From assembly GCA_951406725.2 (NCBI GenBank), contig OX597827.1, positions 52,452,001-52,516,000 on the forward strand: a stretch of DNA of 64,000 nt. The letters are read 5' to 3'. A program made the translations under genes and the position numbers. Shown here piece by piece: positions 48,070-61,332 of the stretch (position 1 is the stretch's first letter; every line of letters begins with the position of its first letter). This DNA is from Octopus vulgaris (taxonomy: Eukaryota). Below the pieces are notes generated by a model that was not told the origin of the DNA, made no database searches, and saw nothing but the letters and a program-made list of their open reading frames with translations.

Positions 48070-51000
48070 TCTTTATCATTTAATGTCCGTGTTCCATGCT
48101 AGCATGGGTGGAACAGTACCACAAGAGCTACCCAAGGCTGAAGTCTGCACGAGACTTCTCTGACTGTTTTGGCAGGATTTTTACAGCTGGATGCTCTTCT
48201 TAACATCAACCACTCAGCAGAGTGAACTTAGTGCTTTTTATGTGGCACAAGCACAAGCGAGGTCAGTTTTGGCAAGGTTTTTACAGCTGGATGCCCTTCC
48301 GAACACCAACCACTTTACAGTGTGGACTGGGTACTTTTAAGTGGCACCTGCACTGACGGGGTCACCAAGTACTTGCAAGACATAAAAAATCTTTTGAGAG
48401 GGGGCAGGCATTGGAGGAGGTGATGATGAAAAAGTTATAGTGAGACAGATATAGGTGTCTTGCTGAAGAGGAAGTACAAGGTTGCCCGGCCAGAGAGAGA
48501 AAGATAAGGAATGAAGACAGACACAGGTGTGCTACCACAAAGAAAATACACGGTTGCCCAGCCTGAGGGAAGTGCAGGAGAAGGAGAGAGAGAGAGAGAG
48601 TGGGAGACTACAGGATGGAGATGGTGGCAAAATGCTGGGGTCAATTCATTCAACTATAAATTCTTCATAGTGGTGCCCCAGCATGGCCACAGTCAAATGA
48701 CTGAAACAAGTAAAAGATAAAAGACTAAAAGATAAACATTGTTAAAAATATACTGTACTTCCTTGTTTCAGTAGTTTGAGATACCAATATGAGCCTTCAA
48801 CCAGTCAATCAAGCAAACACATATCAAGATATCAAGATACATATTTCAACATGTAAGGTCAAGGAGAAATGATTGTACACAAGACAAAACTACTAATTTA
48901 TCTTATGTTGTTTCTGTTGGAGGATTAAAATTTATGGGCTCTGAATCCACATTGTAATCTCAGTTATTATAATTATTTTGTTTTTTATGTTTCCTCATTA
49001 CCATCAGATGTCTAATTAATCATGTAGGATTTATGCTTTGAAATTCTGAATGATGTTTCTCAATATTTCCACCAATATCTGTGCAACCATCCCTCTGTCT
49101 GTGTGTCTGCCTGCCTGTCTGTATGTCTGTCTGTCTGTCTCTCTCTCACACACACACTCACAATCTTAGTTTGCTTCTTTCAACCTCTGTACTCTATCCA
49201 CTAAGGCCCTTGCTACTGACCATGCTTGTCGTACAATTATTGAAGCTGAACATCCTCATATGGACCAAGTCTCTCATCTGAAGATCCTTTCCTTACACTT
49301 GTTTTGGAGGCCCTGAGAAAGGTGCTGCCCTTCCTCTTCCAACTAAGCCTTAAAACGTTCAGTCTCATAAGTCTGAAAGAGACTTCAACAGTCTTGGGCA
49401 CAGCCTCTCTTCCTACATCTTATAAAATAAAATGTGCCTGCCTATATCTCATTTCTTTCTCTTTTTTTTTCTGTCAATTTCTGTGTTTGTTTAACTCTTT
49501 AGCATTTAAACCAGTCATCATCATCATCATCATCGTTTAACATCCGTTCTCCATGCTAGCATGGGTTGGACGGTTCGACCGGGGATCTGGGAAGCCAGAA
49601 GGCTGCACCAGGCTCCAGTCTTATCTTGCAATGTTTCTACAGCTGGATGCCCTTCCTAAATGGATGCCCTTCTCATATCTGGCCCAAATATTTTACCTGA
49701 TTTATGTTCAAGCCAGCTAGATCTGGCCTATCACACTTGCTCTACAATGTTATTCTAAAAACAATCACACCATTGAAATCTCAAAGCTATGAGCTAATGC
49801 AAGATAAATTCAAAACAATGTGAATGAATAAGCATTACATTTGACAGAGTAATCTGAATACTAAAGAATTAAATTGTCTGTGTTTTTTTTTTTTTGGTCT
49901 AATTTTTTTGCCTCTCTTTCTCAATCTTCTTCTCCTCATCCATTTATTGGTTTCTTATTTCAGTTTGAAAAGCCTCCATCAAAGATTCCTTACAAGGCAA
50001 TAGCTTTGGCTACTGCCTTATTTGCTGTTGGTACCCTTCTCATCTCTATTGGTGCTTTGCTGTTAACAGGCCACATTAGCAGTGAGGTAAACTAAGTTTT
50101 ATTGTATTTTGGTTTATTTTCTTAATGCTTTAGCATTTAAACCACCCACATCCAACCCTAATATTCTACCTGGTTTTTGGCCAAACTGGCCAAATACAGT
50201 CCTACCCTACAATGTTATGCTAAAAGTAAACAAAAACATTACTGAAATCTCAAAGCTACAAGATAATGCATGATTAATTCGAAACAATGTGAATAAATAA
50301 GCATTTGACAAACTATTCTGAATGCTAAAGGGTTAAAAGAGATGGCAGTTTTGATCCAAGTCTCGATCTCTTTCAAATGAACAAAAACTCATGTTTTTGT
50401 AACTTTGTAAAAGAAATTAAAATTTTAAAAAAAGAAAAATTATATTTCAGACTTTCAATTTAATTTTGAGTTTCAATTTCAGATTTTGGGTTTTATGAAA
50501 ATATTCATTTGAAATTTCAAAATAAAAATAAAAAATCTAAGAAGTTGTTTATTTTAAATCTCATTTCAGAACATGTCTCTGTCTATAATGCCAAAACTAA
50601 TTTGTGTGTCAGTGTGTCACACTTTGGGCCCCACTCCTCATTCTCTCACTATTCAGTTACACTTCTATTCCTCTTGGTGGGGTGTGAGTAATAGTAGGCA
50701 TAGAAAAGGTGAGGGCTGTAGTAGATTGACAGTTGAGATGGTAATGGGGTGATAGTAATAGTATGAGCTGTAGTTGTGATAGAGGCAGAGGCAAAGGTGA
50801 TGGTTGTCGCTAAGGTGGTCAAACATGATAGTAAGGGATGTGAAAGACAGTGGTGATGGTGGTGGAGAGGAAGACAACCAGTCTGAATGGTGTGTTGTAG
50901 TGGCGATGGTGGTGGTACTGGTGATGGTGATGGTTGAAAACAATCAACAGAAAGAAAGAGAGGAAGAGAAAGAAAGAGGTTAGACAGAAAAATAATTGTA

Positions 51001-54000
51001 CTGACCCTCCACTGGGAAGACGAAAAATATTGTTTATCATGAAGCTTTTTGATGAAAATTGTTCATTGCTTGAAAAATATTGGTCAAGTTTAATAAAATT
51101 TAATATCTACGCAATGCATGAAGTGTCATTATTGGGCTCAAGGCCCAATGAAGAGCCCTCTACAGGAGCTTGCTTATAAGCTGGTCCCTAATAATGCCAC
51201 TTCCCTGACTTAATCTAGTGAACATATAAAAGAGTCTCTATATGGCTGCTTGATACTTGCTAGAAATAGCAGCCAAGTCTCTCAAATAACAATCTACTGT
51301 TAAAAAAAAGGAATTTGATGCACTTTGGAAAAAAAAAAAACAATCCTAGATTGCTATAACTACTGTCTTTGATCACAGGTGTGCTTGATCAAGATTTATG
51401 TGGGATTAAACAATACCAACAATGATTTAGTAAACAAAATATCTAATGTAAACCATTAAAATAAATACTACTTTATTTACTAACTATGTAGTTTAATGTT
51501 CTCTACTTCTTTGTCACACTGTACCAACCACTCCATCAAGTCCTCCTTCTCTAGAGCATTAAGCCCCCCTTGGACTTCCCTTCCTACCCTTACATTTCTT
51601 GCCACAATCAGCTTGAAATTATTCAAAAGGAACATTAACCATGTTAGTCATACTAGTTTCAGAGGACTAGTATGAAGGCCATGGTCCCCTTCTCTTCTTT
51701 CATGTCAGTAAAAATAAGTTTTAATTTGATACTGTCCTGCCTAGCCGCACCCATATTGTTGTTATTGTTTAACCTCATCATCCAAGCTTTTACTCAGACA
51801 ATGTAGCTGGAGTTACACTATCTGATATGTCCTTCCTTTTTTAAGATGATAGGATGTGATTTTATAGAGATTTGGCTGCTGTTGCTAGCAGTTCAAGCAA
51901 TTATGTAGAAATACTTTGTTTTTATCAGCTCTGTCTAATGTGTTTATATTAGCAAGAAGGATAACAGATCACTTTTAACCTTTGCAACCACTCAGACAGA
52001 ATAAAGTGGTCAGCATTTAGGACAGACAGTTTGATATTGAAACACCTGCTCCGAGAATAAAAATCAATGTAACCAACACAGAGAGTGTAATACAGCCAAA
52101 TAAAAGAAAGAAACAAGGCTATTTACTTTTCTTTGAAGTTGGTCTGTAAAATAAATTTGATATAAAATTAAAAAAAGCTCAAGGAATATATTTCTGTCAT
52201 TATTGTTTTGACAGCCCTTCTTTTATGCAGGCATAGATTAAATCATCTTTTGTGTGAGGTCTAACATCTTGAGATCTGATTGTACTACTGGTTTCCAGGT
52301 CTTCCTCTTAACCCTTTGGTGTTTAAGCCGGCCATATCCGGCCCAAATATCCTACATGTTTTACATTCAAACTGGCCATATCTAGCCCCTTACACCTAAC
52401 CTATATTGACATTCTAAGAATAAACAATCACACTATTGAAACTTCAAAGCTGTAAGATAATGTATGATTAATTCAAAACAATTCGATTGATAAAAGTATT
52501 ACATCTAACAGATTAATCTGAACACTAAAGGGTTAAACATTTATCCTTCAGCAATAGCACAACACTCATTTCTCATTTTATACAATCTACTTTTCATTTA
52601 GATCAGAGAAAACTTTGTTGTCAACAGAAGAAATTAATCCCTAAACCACTTCCACTTTTCTTTATTTTGACAGCTATGCTTTTGTTATAAATCCAGCAGT
52701 AATTAGATTACCTGACTAATAGGAACTATCAAGTATGATCAAAGAACTTCTTGGGCAGTTAACATCATTTCATGATTACTTCTACTGCTAATTATTTTTG
52801 TGCTTCTATTACATCTAAAGTTTTAATTCTCTTTATTTTGTTACATCATCATCATCAAGATCTCTTAACTGATGCAGCCAGTTGTTGACACTTTCATAGT
52901 CAGCCATTGCCACTGGTCTCTGTTCTCTGACATGTGTAACAGGTCCTCTGTGTTGTGTCTTGTCCAGTCCTTGATGTTGTCAAACCAGGATTTTCTCTGT
53001 TTGCCTTTCTTTCGTCCTCCCTCAGCTGTGCCCTGAAGAATGACAGGAATCTGTGGCATGATATTTTGCCACACAGTACAGAATAAAAAAACATATCAAC
53101 TGCATTATGCAGATTCCACTAACCCATTTGGTCATAAGAGAACTATGTATCTTAGCTAGGTACCCATCTACCACACACACACTTCAGATGAACAAATGCA
53201 AAACGGAACTTTGTTATATGTAAATGTAAACATATAAACATTGAATAGATAGAACATAAAGAGAAAATATTTTATTTCATTGCTTGTCTCATTTTATTTT
53301 GTTGCTTGTCTCATATTGGTACTTCATTGTAAGGTCACTGTAGGTTCTGTCTCTCCATAAACATTATGATTAGGTTACTCTGTTTTCTTTTTTACTAGTT
53401 TCTAAAGCAGTAAAACCTGAATAACTACTTTTATCAAACTAATTATTTTGACTTTCTTTCTCTATTTATAAGAAAATAATTTCTCTTGTCTTTAAATAAA
53501 CTTACAATTGTTGTATATTTTGTTTCACTGGCTTCTGTTTACTTTAGCTATTAGTCTGAAAATGATACCCAACATTGGTTTGATGCCAGTATAGAGAGAG
53601 AGAAATTAGATGTTAATATAGTTGTTGGTAGTGCTGATACTTATCATCAAGTTATTTAAAAGATATTTATAGGGATTTGACAGCAATAACGGTGATGATG
53701 TTGATAATAGCAGTGATTGGAGATGAGAAAATTGATTCTGTTTCTGAAGTGTCAGTTAATAACAAGTCAGGAGGTGGGTGAGATTTGTAGGTTTTTGCAT
53801 ATATGTATGAGTGCATCATCATCATTTAACGTCTGTTTCCCATGCTGGCATGGGTTGGGTGGTTTGACAGGAGCTAGTCAGCAAGAGAGCTGCCCAGGTT
53901 CCAATTTGTCTGTTTCGGCCTGGGTGCTTTTACATGGTGCCTATACAAGTGCCTTTTATGTAGCACTGGTATGAGTGCTTTTTTTAAATGGTGCTGGCAC

Positions 54001-56748
54001 AATTGCTTTTAATGTGGAGCCAGCACAAGTGCTCTCTATGAGGCACTGGCACAAAATTAATAAGTTACCAAGTTGATATATTATGAGACTGAACAGTGAT
54101 GAGTCAACAGTCTGTATCACATCCTCACAACTCCAGAGGAAATAGGTACAAAGAATAGTCACAGCCAGTTGTTGTGAAGAGCACTGTATAATTAATGAAT
54201 GCTTCATTAATTTATAGTTTTGAATACTCCTGTTAATCTTGAATAGGCATCAGCAAACCCTTATATCATCATCATCATCATCGTTTAATGTCCGTTTTCC
54301 ATGCTAGCATGGGTTGGACGGTTCAACTGGGGTCTGGGAAGCCAGTAGGCTGCGCCAGGCCCAGTCTGATCTGGCAGTGTTTCTACAGCTGGATGCCCTT
54401 CCTAACGCCAACCACTCCGTGAGTGTAGTGGGTGCTTTTTACGTGCCACCTGCACAGGTGCCAGACGATCCTGAAATCCATAGGACCAAAGGCAATTTAA
54501 TTTCTTCCCCAATATATTCATTTGTCTAAAGCAGTAGTTCCCAAACATTTTTCTGGCTGCCACCCACTTGGCACCCAGACCACCTCCCCACCCTCCCCAC
54601 CACAAATATAGACCACTTTCTGCAGCAAATTCAAAACAACTGTATTTCACAAATAAAACTTAAACCTAATTAATCTATTAATATTTTTTTTACATCTATC
54701 ATCTCATTTTGGCCACCCCATTATCATCCCACTTTTCTTCAACACCCTGCTGAATCCTTCCACCACCCCTAAGGGGGTAGTACTGCCCATTTTGGAAACC
54801 ACTAGTCTAAAGTAAGAAGTAAAATGAATACATATATCTGTAAACACTTGGAAAAGAATATTATGCATCCTGTTAAGTTTGAAACCTTAAAAAATTTGCT
54901 AAAATAAGAGCGGAAAATATGAACATTTAAATTCAGAAATGGAAACTATTGTCATCTGGTAGTCTATCTCCTATAGTAATGTACTTCATGGCCCAGCAAT
55001 TACATTATTTGGGAAGAGTGCATGAATGAAGATGAATAAAAAAAGAAGCGCCACTGTTATTTTTATGCCTCTTCTAAGATCTTAGCGTGTGAAATTTGTT
55101 GTTGTTTAATCCCAGATCAGCTGTACTCAAGCAAAACTTATGCCCAAAGACATTCTAGCAATAACAGTCTTATCTTTTTAGTTTGGTAAGTTGTGTATGG
55201 CTGTATTTGTTGTTGGTTGTTAGCAATGGCAGGCAGCTCTGTTGGTTAGCAAGAGAGAAATAGTCTCATTATAGTCAGTGTGGAATTGTCTAACCTGCAT
55301 TTTCAAATGTTCCAGATAGAGCTAAGGTAATTTTTTTCCAGTGTATTAATGACCAATGTTTTGAAGTTAATTAATGGGACATTTTTCATTTTTTTTTTAT
55401 GGCAACAAAATGATAGTTTTTTGGTTGATACTGCAGACAGTTACAATATATGTAGCTTATCAAGGAGGCTGGGTTGACAATTATAAACTCCAGGTGCAGA
55501 AGAATCTCTGTCAAAAATTCTCTCTATTATTTTGTGAAAGTCATTTCCTTGGTCTTAGCGTCTCTAGTGGAACTGGGAGTTGGAGTGCAGGTACTGAATA
55601 AATTTTCCCATGAATCCAATGGTTGCTAGGGCCATTTAGTTTCTCAGGATACCATTGTATGGTGTGAGGGTATTTCTGTATGTTAGCAACAGCCTTTGAA
55701 AGACAAAATCCCTTCAGGGATAGTTGGTAGTATTTCAGCATGGGACGCAACATAGATTTGTATGAGTGCATATTTTTCTCTGGTGTAGCTTACAATGTTG
55801 GAAACAATGTTGTCTAGGCAAATGAAAAAGTTTATGGTATTCATAGGTGTATGAGACATACTCTCTAAATAGGGACAATAAGCATTAGAAATTTAGGTAT
55901 ATTGAAAGGTTGATAGTCACAAATTTCTTACAACTTAGAATATTCAATTGAATGTACTACATGGCTAGTACCTTATTGCATTTTTTCAAACACCCCACCT
56001 AACACACATAAGGGATGACAGACCAACTCAGTTCTAGCAGGATTTGAATCCAGTGTATTTCATTTATTAGCCACCTTAACTGTTCTTGCCACTCCACTTA
56101 CATGTATGTACTAGTATGTATTGACCACATACTTCCTCATTACAACAAATAAAAACAAATATGTTTTGAAATTAAGCATTCATTGAAATGCAAAGTTAAT
56201 TTTCATATTTTCAACTCTCTTGTTTCCACTGTTAAAGAGATTTAGAAATCAACTATAGTGTCTATAGTGATTTTAGTATATCTTAACCTTTTAAAGATGA
56301 ATATCTGTTTATTTGTCAGATTAGGTCATTGATTGTTTCTTTTTTATCATATCTTTTTTTTGTTTATTGATGTGTTTATTGATATTTTACAAACTCTGTA
56401 CCAGTTTTTCTGCTGTGCACTAATTCTTTTTCTGTTGATTTTTCTTTTTATACTTTTTTTGTTTGTTGAGTTCTATTTGCAGATATTTTTTGTTTATTCT
56501 GCTCTATGTTTTCACTGTCTGTCCTATGAATGTCATTGTTGGTTCTTTGTATTACTATGCTCCTTGTCAAATTGTACTTTTTCTTACTTAATTGTCTTTT
56601 TCTTTTGCAGTACGCTGACCGTACCTGGCCACTACTTATCCTTGGTGCCCTTATGTTCATCCCTGGCTCCTACCATGTCATGATAGCATACTATGCCTAC
56701 AAAGGTTATGAGGGCTATTCTTTTGAGGACATTCCAGATTTTGATTAA
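33960..56748 (+). CDS. TMEM230: Transmembrane protein 230, spliced CDS join(33960-34043,49964-50086,56611-56748), 114 aa
   Basis: Three phase-0 exons with GT-AG ends. The protein MSRR...[35 protein letters not shown].../[45 protein letters not shown] matches TMEM230 family motifs (IPYKAIALA, PGxYH, KGYxGYSxxDIPDFD). Confidence 0.95.
37440..38640 (+). mobile_element. RTE/BovB-like LINE RT relic
   Basis: [15 protein letters not shown] (FVDLEKAFD-like), a HQGS..SP.LF-like block, and a degenerate 3' end. Confidence 0.65.
44160..44391 (+). mobile_element. Helitron 3' end
   Basis: GC-rich hairpin-like CCCGGGAATTACCGCG about 10 nt before CTAG|T. Confidence 0.45.
47100..47340 (+). mobile_element. 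RTE LINE 3' relic
   Basis: [11 protein letters not shown]...PHQLL; homologous to 1690-1990. Confidence 0.55.
49495..49868 (+). mobile_element. piggyBac-like MITE copy 1 (interrupted by a family C SINE)
   Basis: TTAA|CTCTTTAGCATT ... AATACTAAAGAA|TTAA; internal sequence shared with copies 2 and 3. Confidence 0.75.
49964..50086 (+). CDS. TMEM230: TMEM230 second coding exon (TM1)
   Basis: tttcag|[41 protein letters not shown]|GTAAAC; 123 nt. Confidence 0.95.
50126..50332 (+). mobile_element. piggyBac-like MITE copy 2
   Basis: TTAA|TGCTTTAGCATT ... AATGCTAAAGGG|TTAA. Confidence 0.78.
52312..52532 (+). mobile_element. piggyBac-like MITE copy 3
   Basis: TTAA|CCCTTTGGTGTT ... AACACTAAAGGG|TTAA. 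Confidence 0.82.
52844..53085 (-). mobile_element. 5'-truncated RTE LINE 3' end with (GAT)n tail
   Basis: [26 protein letters not shown]...RDQWQWL. Confidence 0.75.
54532..54804. mobile_element. hAT-Charlie-like (MER5-type) MITE with 8-bp TSD
   Basis: CAGTAGTTCCCAAA ... TTTGGAAACCACTA; GTCTAAAG on both sides (54524-54531 and 54805-54812). Confidence 0.85.
56611..56748 (+). CDS. TMEM230: TMEM230 last coding exon (TM2, stop)
   Basis: tttgcag|YADRTWP...DIPDFD TAA. Confidence 0.95.
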   Translation, partial: YADRTWPLLILGALMFIPGSYHVMIAYYAYKGYEGYSFEDIPDFD

Positions 56749-57849
56749 CTGCATTTGTATCCTTGCCACTCAGCATGCAGCTTTGCTACAAGCCATACGG
56801 TGGATGTTCTTGCTTAGAAATCTTAAGAAGCTTTGATGTCAGATAAACACTCTCAATTCATTTCAACATTGAAATGTTCCCAAAGTTATACTTGGGTTAG
56901 TGGCAACATGTGTCAGTCAATGCTACAAATATTCTTTTCTACACAAGGCACAAGGCCCTACAAATATTAAGTGCAAGTAATTGTACCCATCTATTATTGG
57001 TTAGGCTAAAAATATGTTGGCAGGCCAAACCAGATAGCCTAAAAGTATTATTTGGTAATATTTCTGAAATATTTTCTTTTTTAAACAGTTTTTTTTTTCA
57101 ACAATTTTGTCTGCACACATGTGCCTTATACCTGGTTCCAGTAATGCTTCAGAGGTGGTTGGTAAATTGTCATTATTTATTTTTAAATACCTTGGGGGAA
57201 AAAGAAAAGTAGCAGTATTAACAGTCAAGATATAACTACACAACAAGAAGCAACAATAACATCAATAACAAATGCAGCAGCAATAATCAGCAACAACAAA
57301 AATAACATGAAATGACTTGTAAAAGCATAAAAAAAAAAGGAATAAAAAGACACAACAACAACAGGAAGTAACTACTAACATTGCTAGACCGCAACCATAA
57401 TCAGTATCATCTAAGAATTTAGTCAGTGTCTTTTACTGAAAAATATATTCTGACAGCAAAATATGCAGATATTAAAAGAAATATTTTTACAGTAGGGTGA
57501 TAAAAATATGAGAACCCAGTTCTTTTACTGCCACATTTTCATTCTCACTCTCATATGCATTCATTATAATCACATGGTTCACTTTATTTAAAGTTTAAAC
57601 ATTATTTACATAGTCAGTTTTATGTTAACTAAAATCAAATTTTTTCTCAAATATTTCTATAGAAAAGAGCTTTTTTCCCTTTTTTTTTTTTTGTACATTT
57701 AGATGAAGTGGTAAGCCTTGACATTAGCAGATCTTCCTAACCTAATGAGATTAATGTGCTTCAGATTGAACTTGAGTTGTCTGATGCCAGGGGAAAACTT
57801 GTGTAAGGAGCCCTAATTGGCTACAATTCTAGGTGTGAAAGGTAGAGAA

Positions 57850-58760
57850 TGTATGGGGTTTGGAGGGTGAAACAAAGTAGGGATTACAAAGATGGTTGCA
57901 GCAGAGAAAGGAAGCAGTATGAGTGTAGACTAGTTGTTGTAGCATGTTTAGCTCCATCCCAGACATGTGATCAGTTTTCAGGTGTAGGTCACACACCTGT
58001 TTTGTTGAGAGCCATAGCTATTCAGGATTAAGGTTGCAAGACTATTTCCTTAATATGCATACTGATTGCATTTTGGTGACTATGCCTATAATCATACATG
58101 ACAACCAAGTATAATCATTTCTGGTCTGGCACAATGTGTCAAAGTCGCATGAAGATGACACCTTTTCAATAGGGAGTGAAGAATGGTTATCATCTGCATA
58201 GGTGAATATATTGTTAGAAGCAATGAGAACATCATTAATGTAAAGAAGGTAGTATGAAACACATGCATGATCTGCATACAAAATGAAATTTCCTGGCTGT
58301 GCAACAAGTGCAGCAAGACAACAGATAAAAGCCTCAGTGCCAAATGATTCCAAAAGGTTCTATTAAATATTGATTAGGCACTATTTTTACCAAATGCCAG
58401 AATGTCAATGCATATCAAAAGAAGGCCTACACTTCCTGAGGCTGCTATATTTCAGTAATAGAATCACGGCTATAATCTATTGTGCAATCTGTTGAGAGAG
58501 AGACTGCATACATACAGATGGCACACTCTGGTCCCTCCTTGAGGAAATCAAGGAACAGACAGCAACAAAGTGTACACATTAGCCAACTGCTTTATCAGCA
58601 ACATTGATATGTTCTCAAGGGCCTGTATGCAATATTAGATAGTCTGCAGTAAATGTTTTGTTTTCTACATTTGAAAACTATCTAGTGGCATCAAGGAACA
58701 TGTGTAAACAAATGTTTTATACCAAACTGGCAACATAGCATTTAAGAACCAAGGAAGTTA
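57850..58760 (-). mobile_element. CR1/Jockey-type LINE RT relic
   Basis: LYINDVLIASNNIFTYADD catalytic motif in ORF 58042-58353; otherwise decayed. Confidence 0.7.
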
Positions 58761-61104
58761 TCTTCTTTAATAAAGTGAAGCTGTCAATCAACAACAGACA
58801 AAAGTAGTATGAAATAGGGTGGTCATACACATATACACACACTTCCATGTGATTGTTTTACATGTTAGATATAGCAGTTAAATCTTCAAATTAAACACTA
58901 TCATCTCCAAAAAGGATGGATAATGTAGCCTGGAGAAAAAATGGGATGATCATAGGTCTGCTCTTTCAGGACAAACCTTGAGCTAAACAACAATAAACAG
59001 ATAGGGAAAAATAAATTTTATAAGATAAACAAAGCTGAAATTGACATCTGCTGATTTCCAATAAACTACATTTCTAAGTAAAGTACAATGCTGTTCCAGT
59101 GGTATCACACTTTGCTCCATAAAGGGAGAAAATTCATTGGTGGTGAGAAATGGTATTGGTTCTTGTCTGCTGAGCTTTAAAATTCATGTGCGACCACACA
59201 AAACCTAATTAATCCTCCCCAGAGTTGCAACTCTCTGGAATTCCTTCTTCACTCAAGTGTTTTTCCTGCCAGACTGTAACCTGTAGAGGTTGGAACTGAA
59301 GATAAACTACGCTGATCTCATCTGGAAGGTCCCAAGCCATGGGCAGTGTTCCTTCTTCAATTGACAAAACAAAAATATGTACATAAACCTGTAAGGAATG
59401 ATTAGTAGTTTAATGGTCACTTATTTGCGATTATGGAGGTGAATATGTTTCATTCTCATGTGCTGTCTTATGACATAATCATGTTGTATTTATTATGACT
59501 CTGGTGTTATTTGTATGAGTGAATGTGTATATATATATATGGCACTTATGTACAAATCATGGTAAGATATAAACCTTATTTTTCTATAACTGTAATAAAT
59601 ATATGATTACTGTATGTAGCTTTTCTGTTGTGACTAATTGTCTTTTAGCTAGATATATTATTTCAGTTATCTAACAGTGTTCAAAATTCAAAAAAGCTGT
59701 AAGACCAGTGCTTATCTCTGGTTTTTATAGTAATAAGTAGATGAAAGTTGAATCTCTTCTCTGAATAAGAGGATGCTGGTCTGTTACAGGTAACTTTTCC
59801 TACAAGTAGATTGAAATTTTGCTCTGGAAATTAACAAATTATTAATCAAACTTTATAGTGTGTACAGAATTTTCTTCACCGTCTTTTTTTTCCTAAGCTC
59901 TCAAGTCAGCATTGGTGACAATATGAACCTCTTACAATGAGTTAAAATCATCATCATCATCATCATTTAACGTCCCTTTTCCATGCTGGCATGGGTTGGA
60001 CAGTCTGACAGAAGCTGCACCAGGTCCCATTGTCTGTTTTGGCATGGTTCTACAACTGGATGCCCTTCCTAATATCAACCACTTTACAGTGTGTGCTAGG
60101 TGCTTTTTACATGGCACCAGCACTGGCAGGGTCATCGAGTACCCTGCAAATCAAAAACCCCCTCAACTGGGAGTGGGGAGTAGTACTGAGTAAAGTGTTG
60201 CCTTGTGCCAGTTGAGAGATTAAAGGTATATATATACATAAACCTGTAAGGAATGATTATCAGGGATAAGTGTCTTGCTGTACAGAGGATGCCCCAAGAA
60301 AGATCATTATTCATTTTCTTAAGACATTAACATTTTAAGTGAATCAGATAGTTAGCACAATTCCCTAAGAACTTATTGCTTTCCTGAGCATTTCCTTCCA
60401 TAATATTGATTTGGGAATATATATTTAAATGTACATGACATTAATAGTGTAGTGAAATAAGCTGGTTTCAATAAGGAATCAAAATCAACTCACAAACTTG
60501 ACAGAATTTAGTCTTTAGTTTTATAACATACACTATATTTACCTTTATATTATGCTGAGCCAACAAAGAAGCCTATATGTAACCACTTGACCAACTATAA
60601 ATAGGAGCCAAACCTCATTCAAATTCTACTCAACTGTCTTAAGAAAAATGACACATTGGATAGTGTTGTCTGCAATATAATTATATATTATACCTGAAAA
60701 ATGCTCATTACTAGAAAGCCTTTGACTATGGTTATATTTGGGGCTAAACAACATCACATTAATGACAGACATAAATTAGTAGAGGAGAGGGATAATCAAT
60801 GAAATCAACCCGAAGTACATATCTGGTGTTTATTTTATCAACATCAATAAAATAAATCTGTACCTTTTGAAAGAAGTATTGGCTCCCAGGTCTGTGTTGG
60901 TCCCACTGTGTGTTGCCACCACGTGTACAAGTGTTTGGTGAACAAGATAAGGTTCAACTGCATTATGCAGATTCCCATAACCCATTTGGTCATAAGAGAA
61001 CTATGTGTCTTAGCTAGGTACCCATCTACCACACACACACACATATAAAGATGAATGAACCCAAGCATCTGGATTTAAGAATGGGTTAGAGAGAAAAGCC
61101 TATA

Positions 61105-61332
61105 CTTGTCACTAAGTGGGGAGAAGGGGCACTGGATTGCACTCTGCTTATTCAATGAAGCACCTTCAGATTTAGAAAATACAGTTTACAAAAATCTTGC
61201 AATACATTTCTTGAAGTCTGACTAACATGCTTGTCACTAAAGGGGTGCACTGGATGGCACTGCCCTCTTACTATTCAATGGTGCACCCTGAGTTTTAGAA
61301 ACTACAATTTATGAAAATCTTCCCACAATACA
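61105..61332 (+). repeat. Diverged tandem duplication of about 125 bp
   Basis: CTTGTCACTAA..GCACTGGAT..ATTCAATG..TTAGAAA..AAAATCTT..CAATACA occurs twice. Confidence 0.7.

Noticed and set aside
56333-56683. Hydrophobic 116-aa ORF
   Set aside because: Artefact of the T-rich polypyrimidine intron end before the last TMEM230 exon.
57235-57365. CAA/CAG-rich tract suggesting a polyQ exon
   Set aside because: Lies downstream of the TMEM230 stop, is interrupted by stops and lacks splice signals; a simple repeat.
59380-60259. 24-bp direct repeat ACATAAACCTGTAAGGAATGATTA at about 59380 and 60236
   Set aside because: No coherent element between the copies; too little evidence to interpret.
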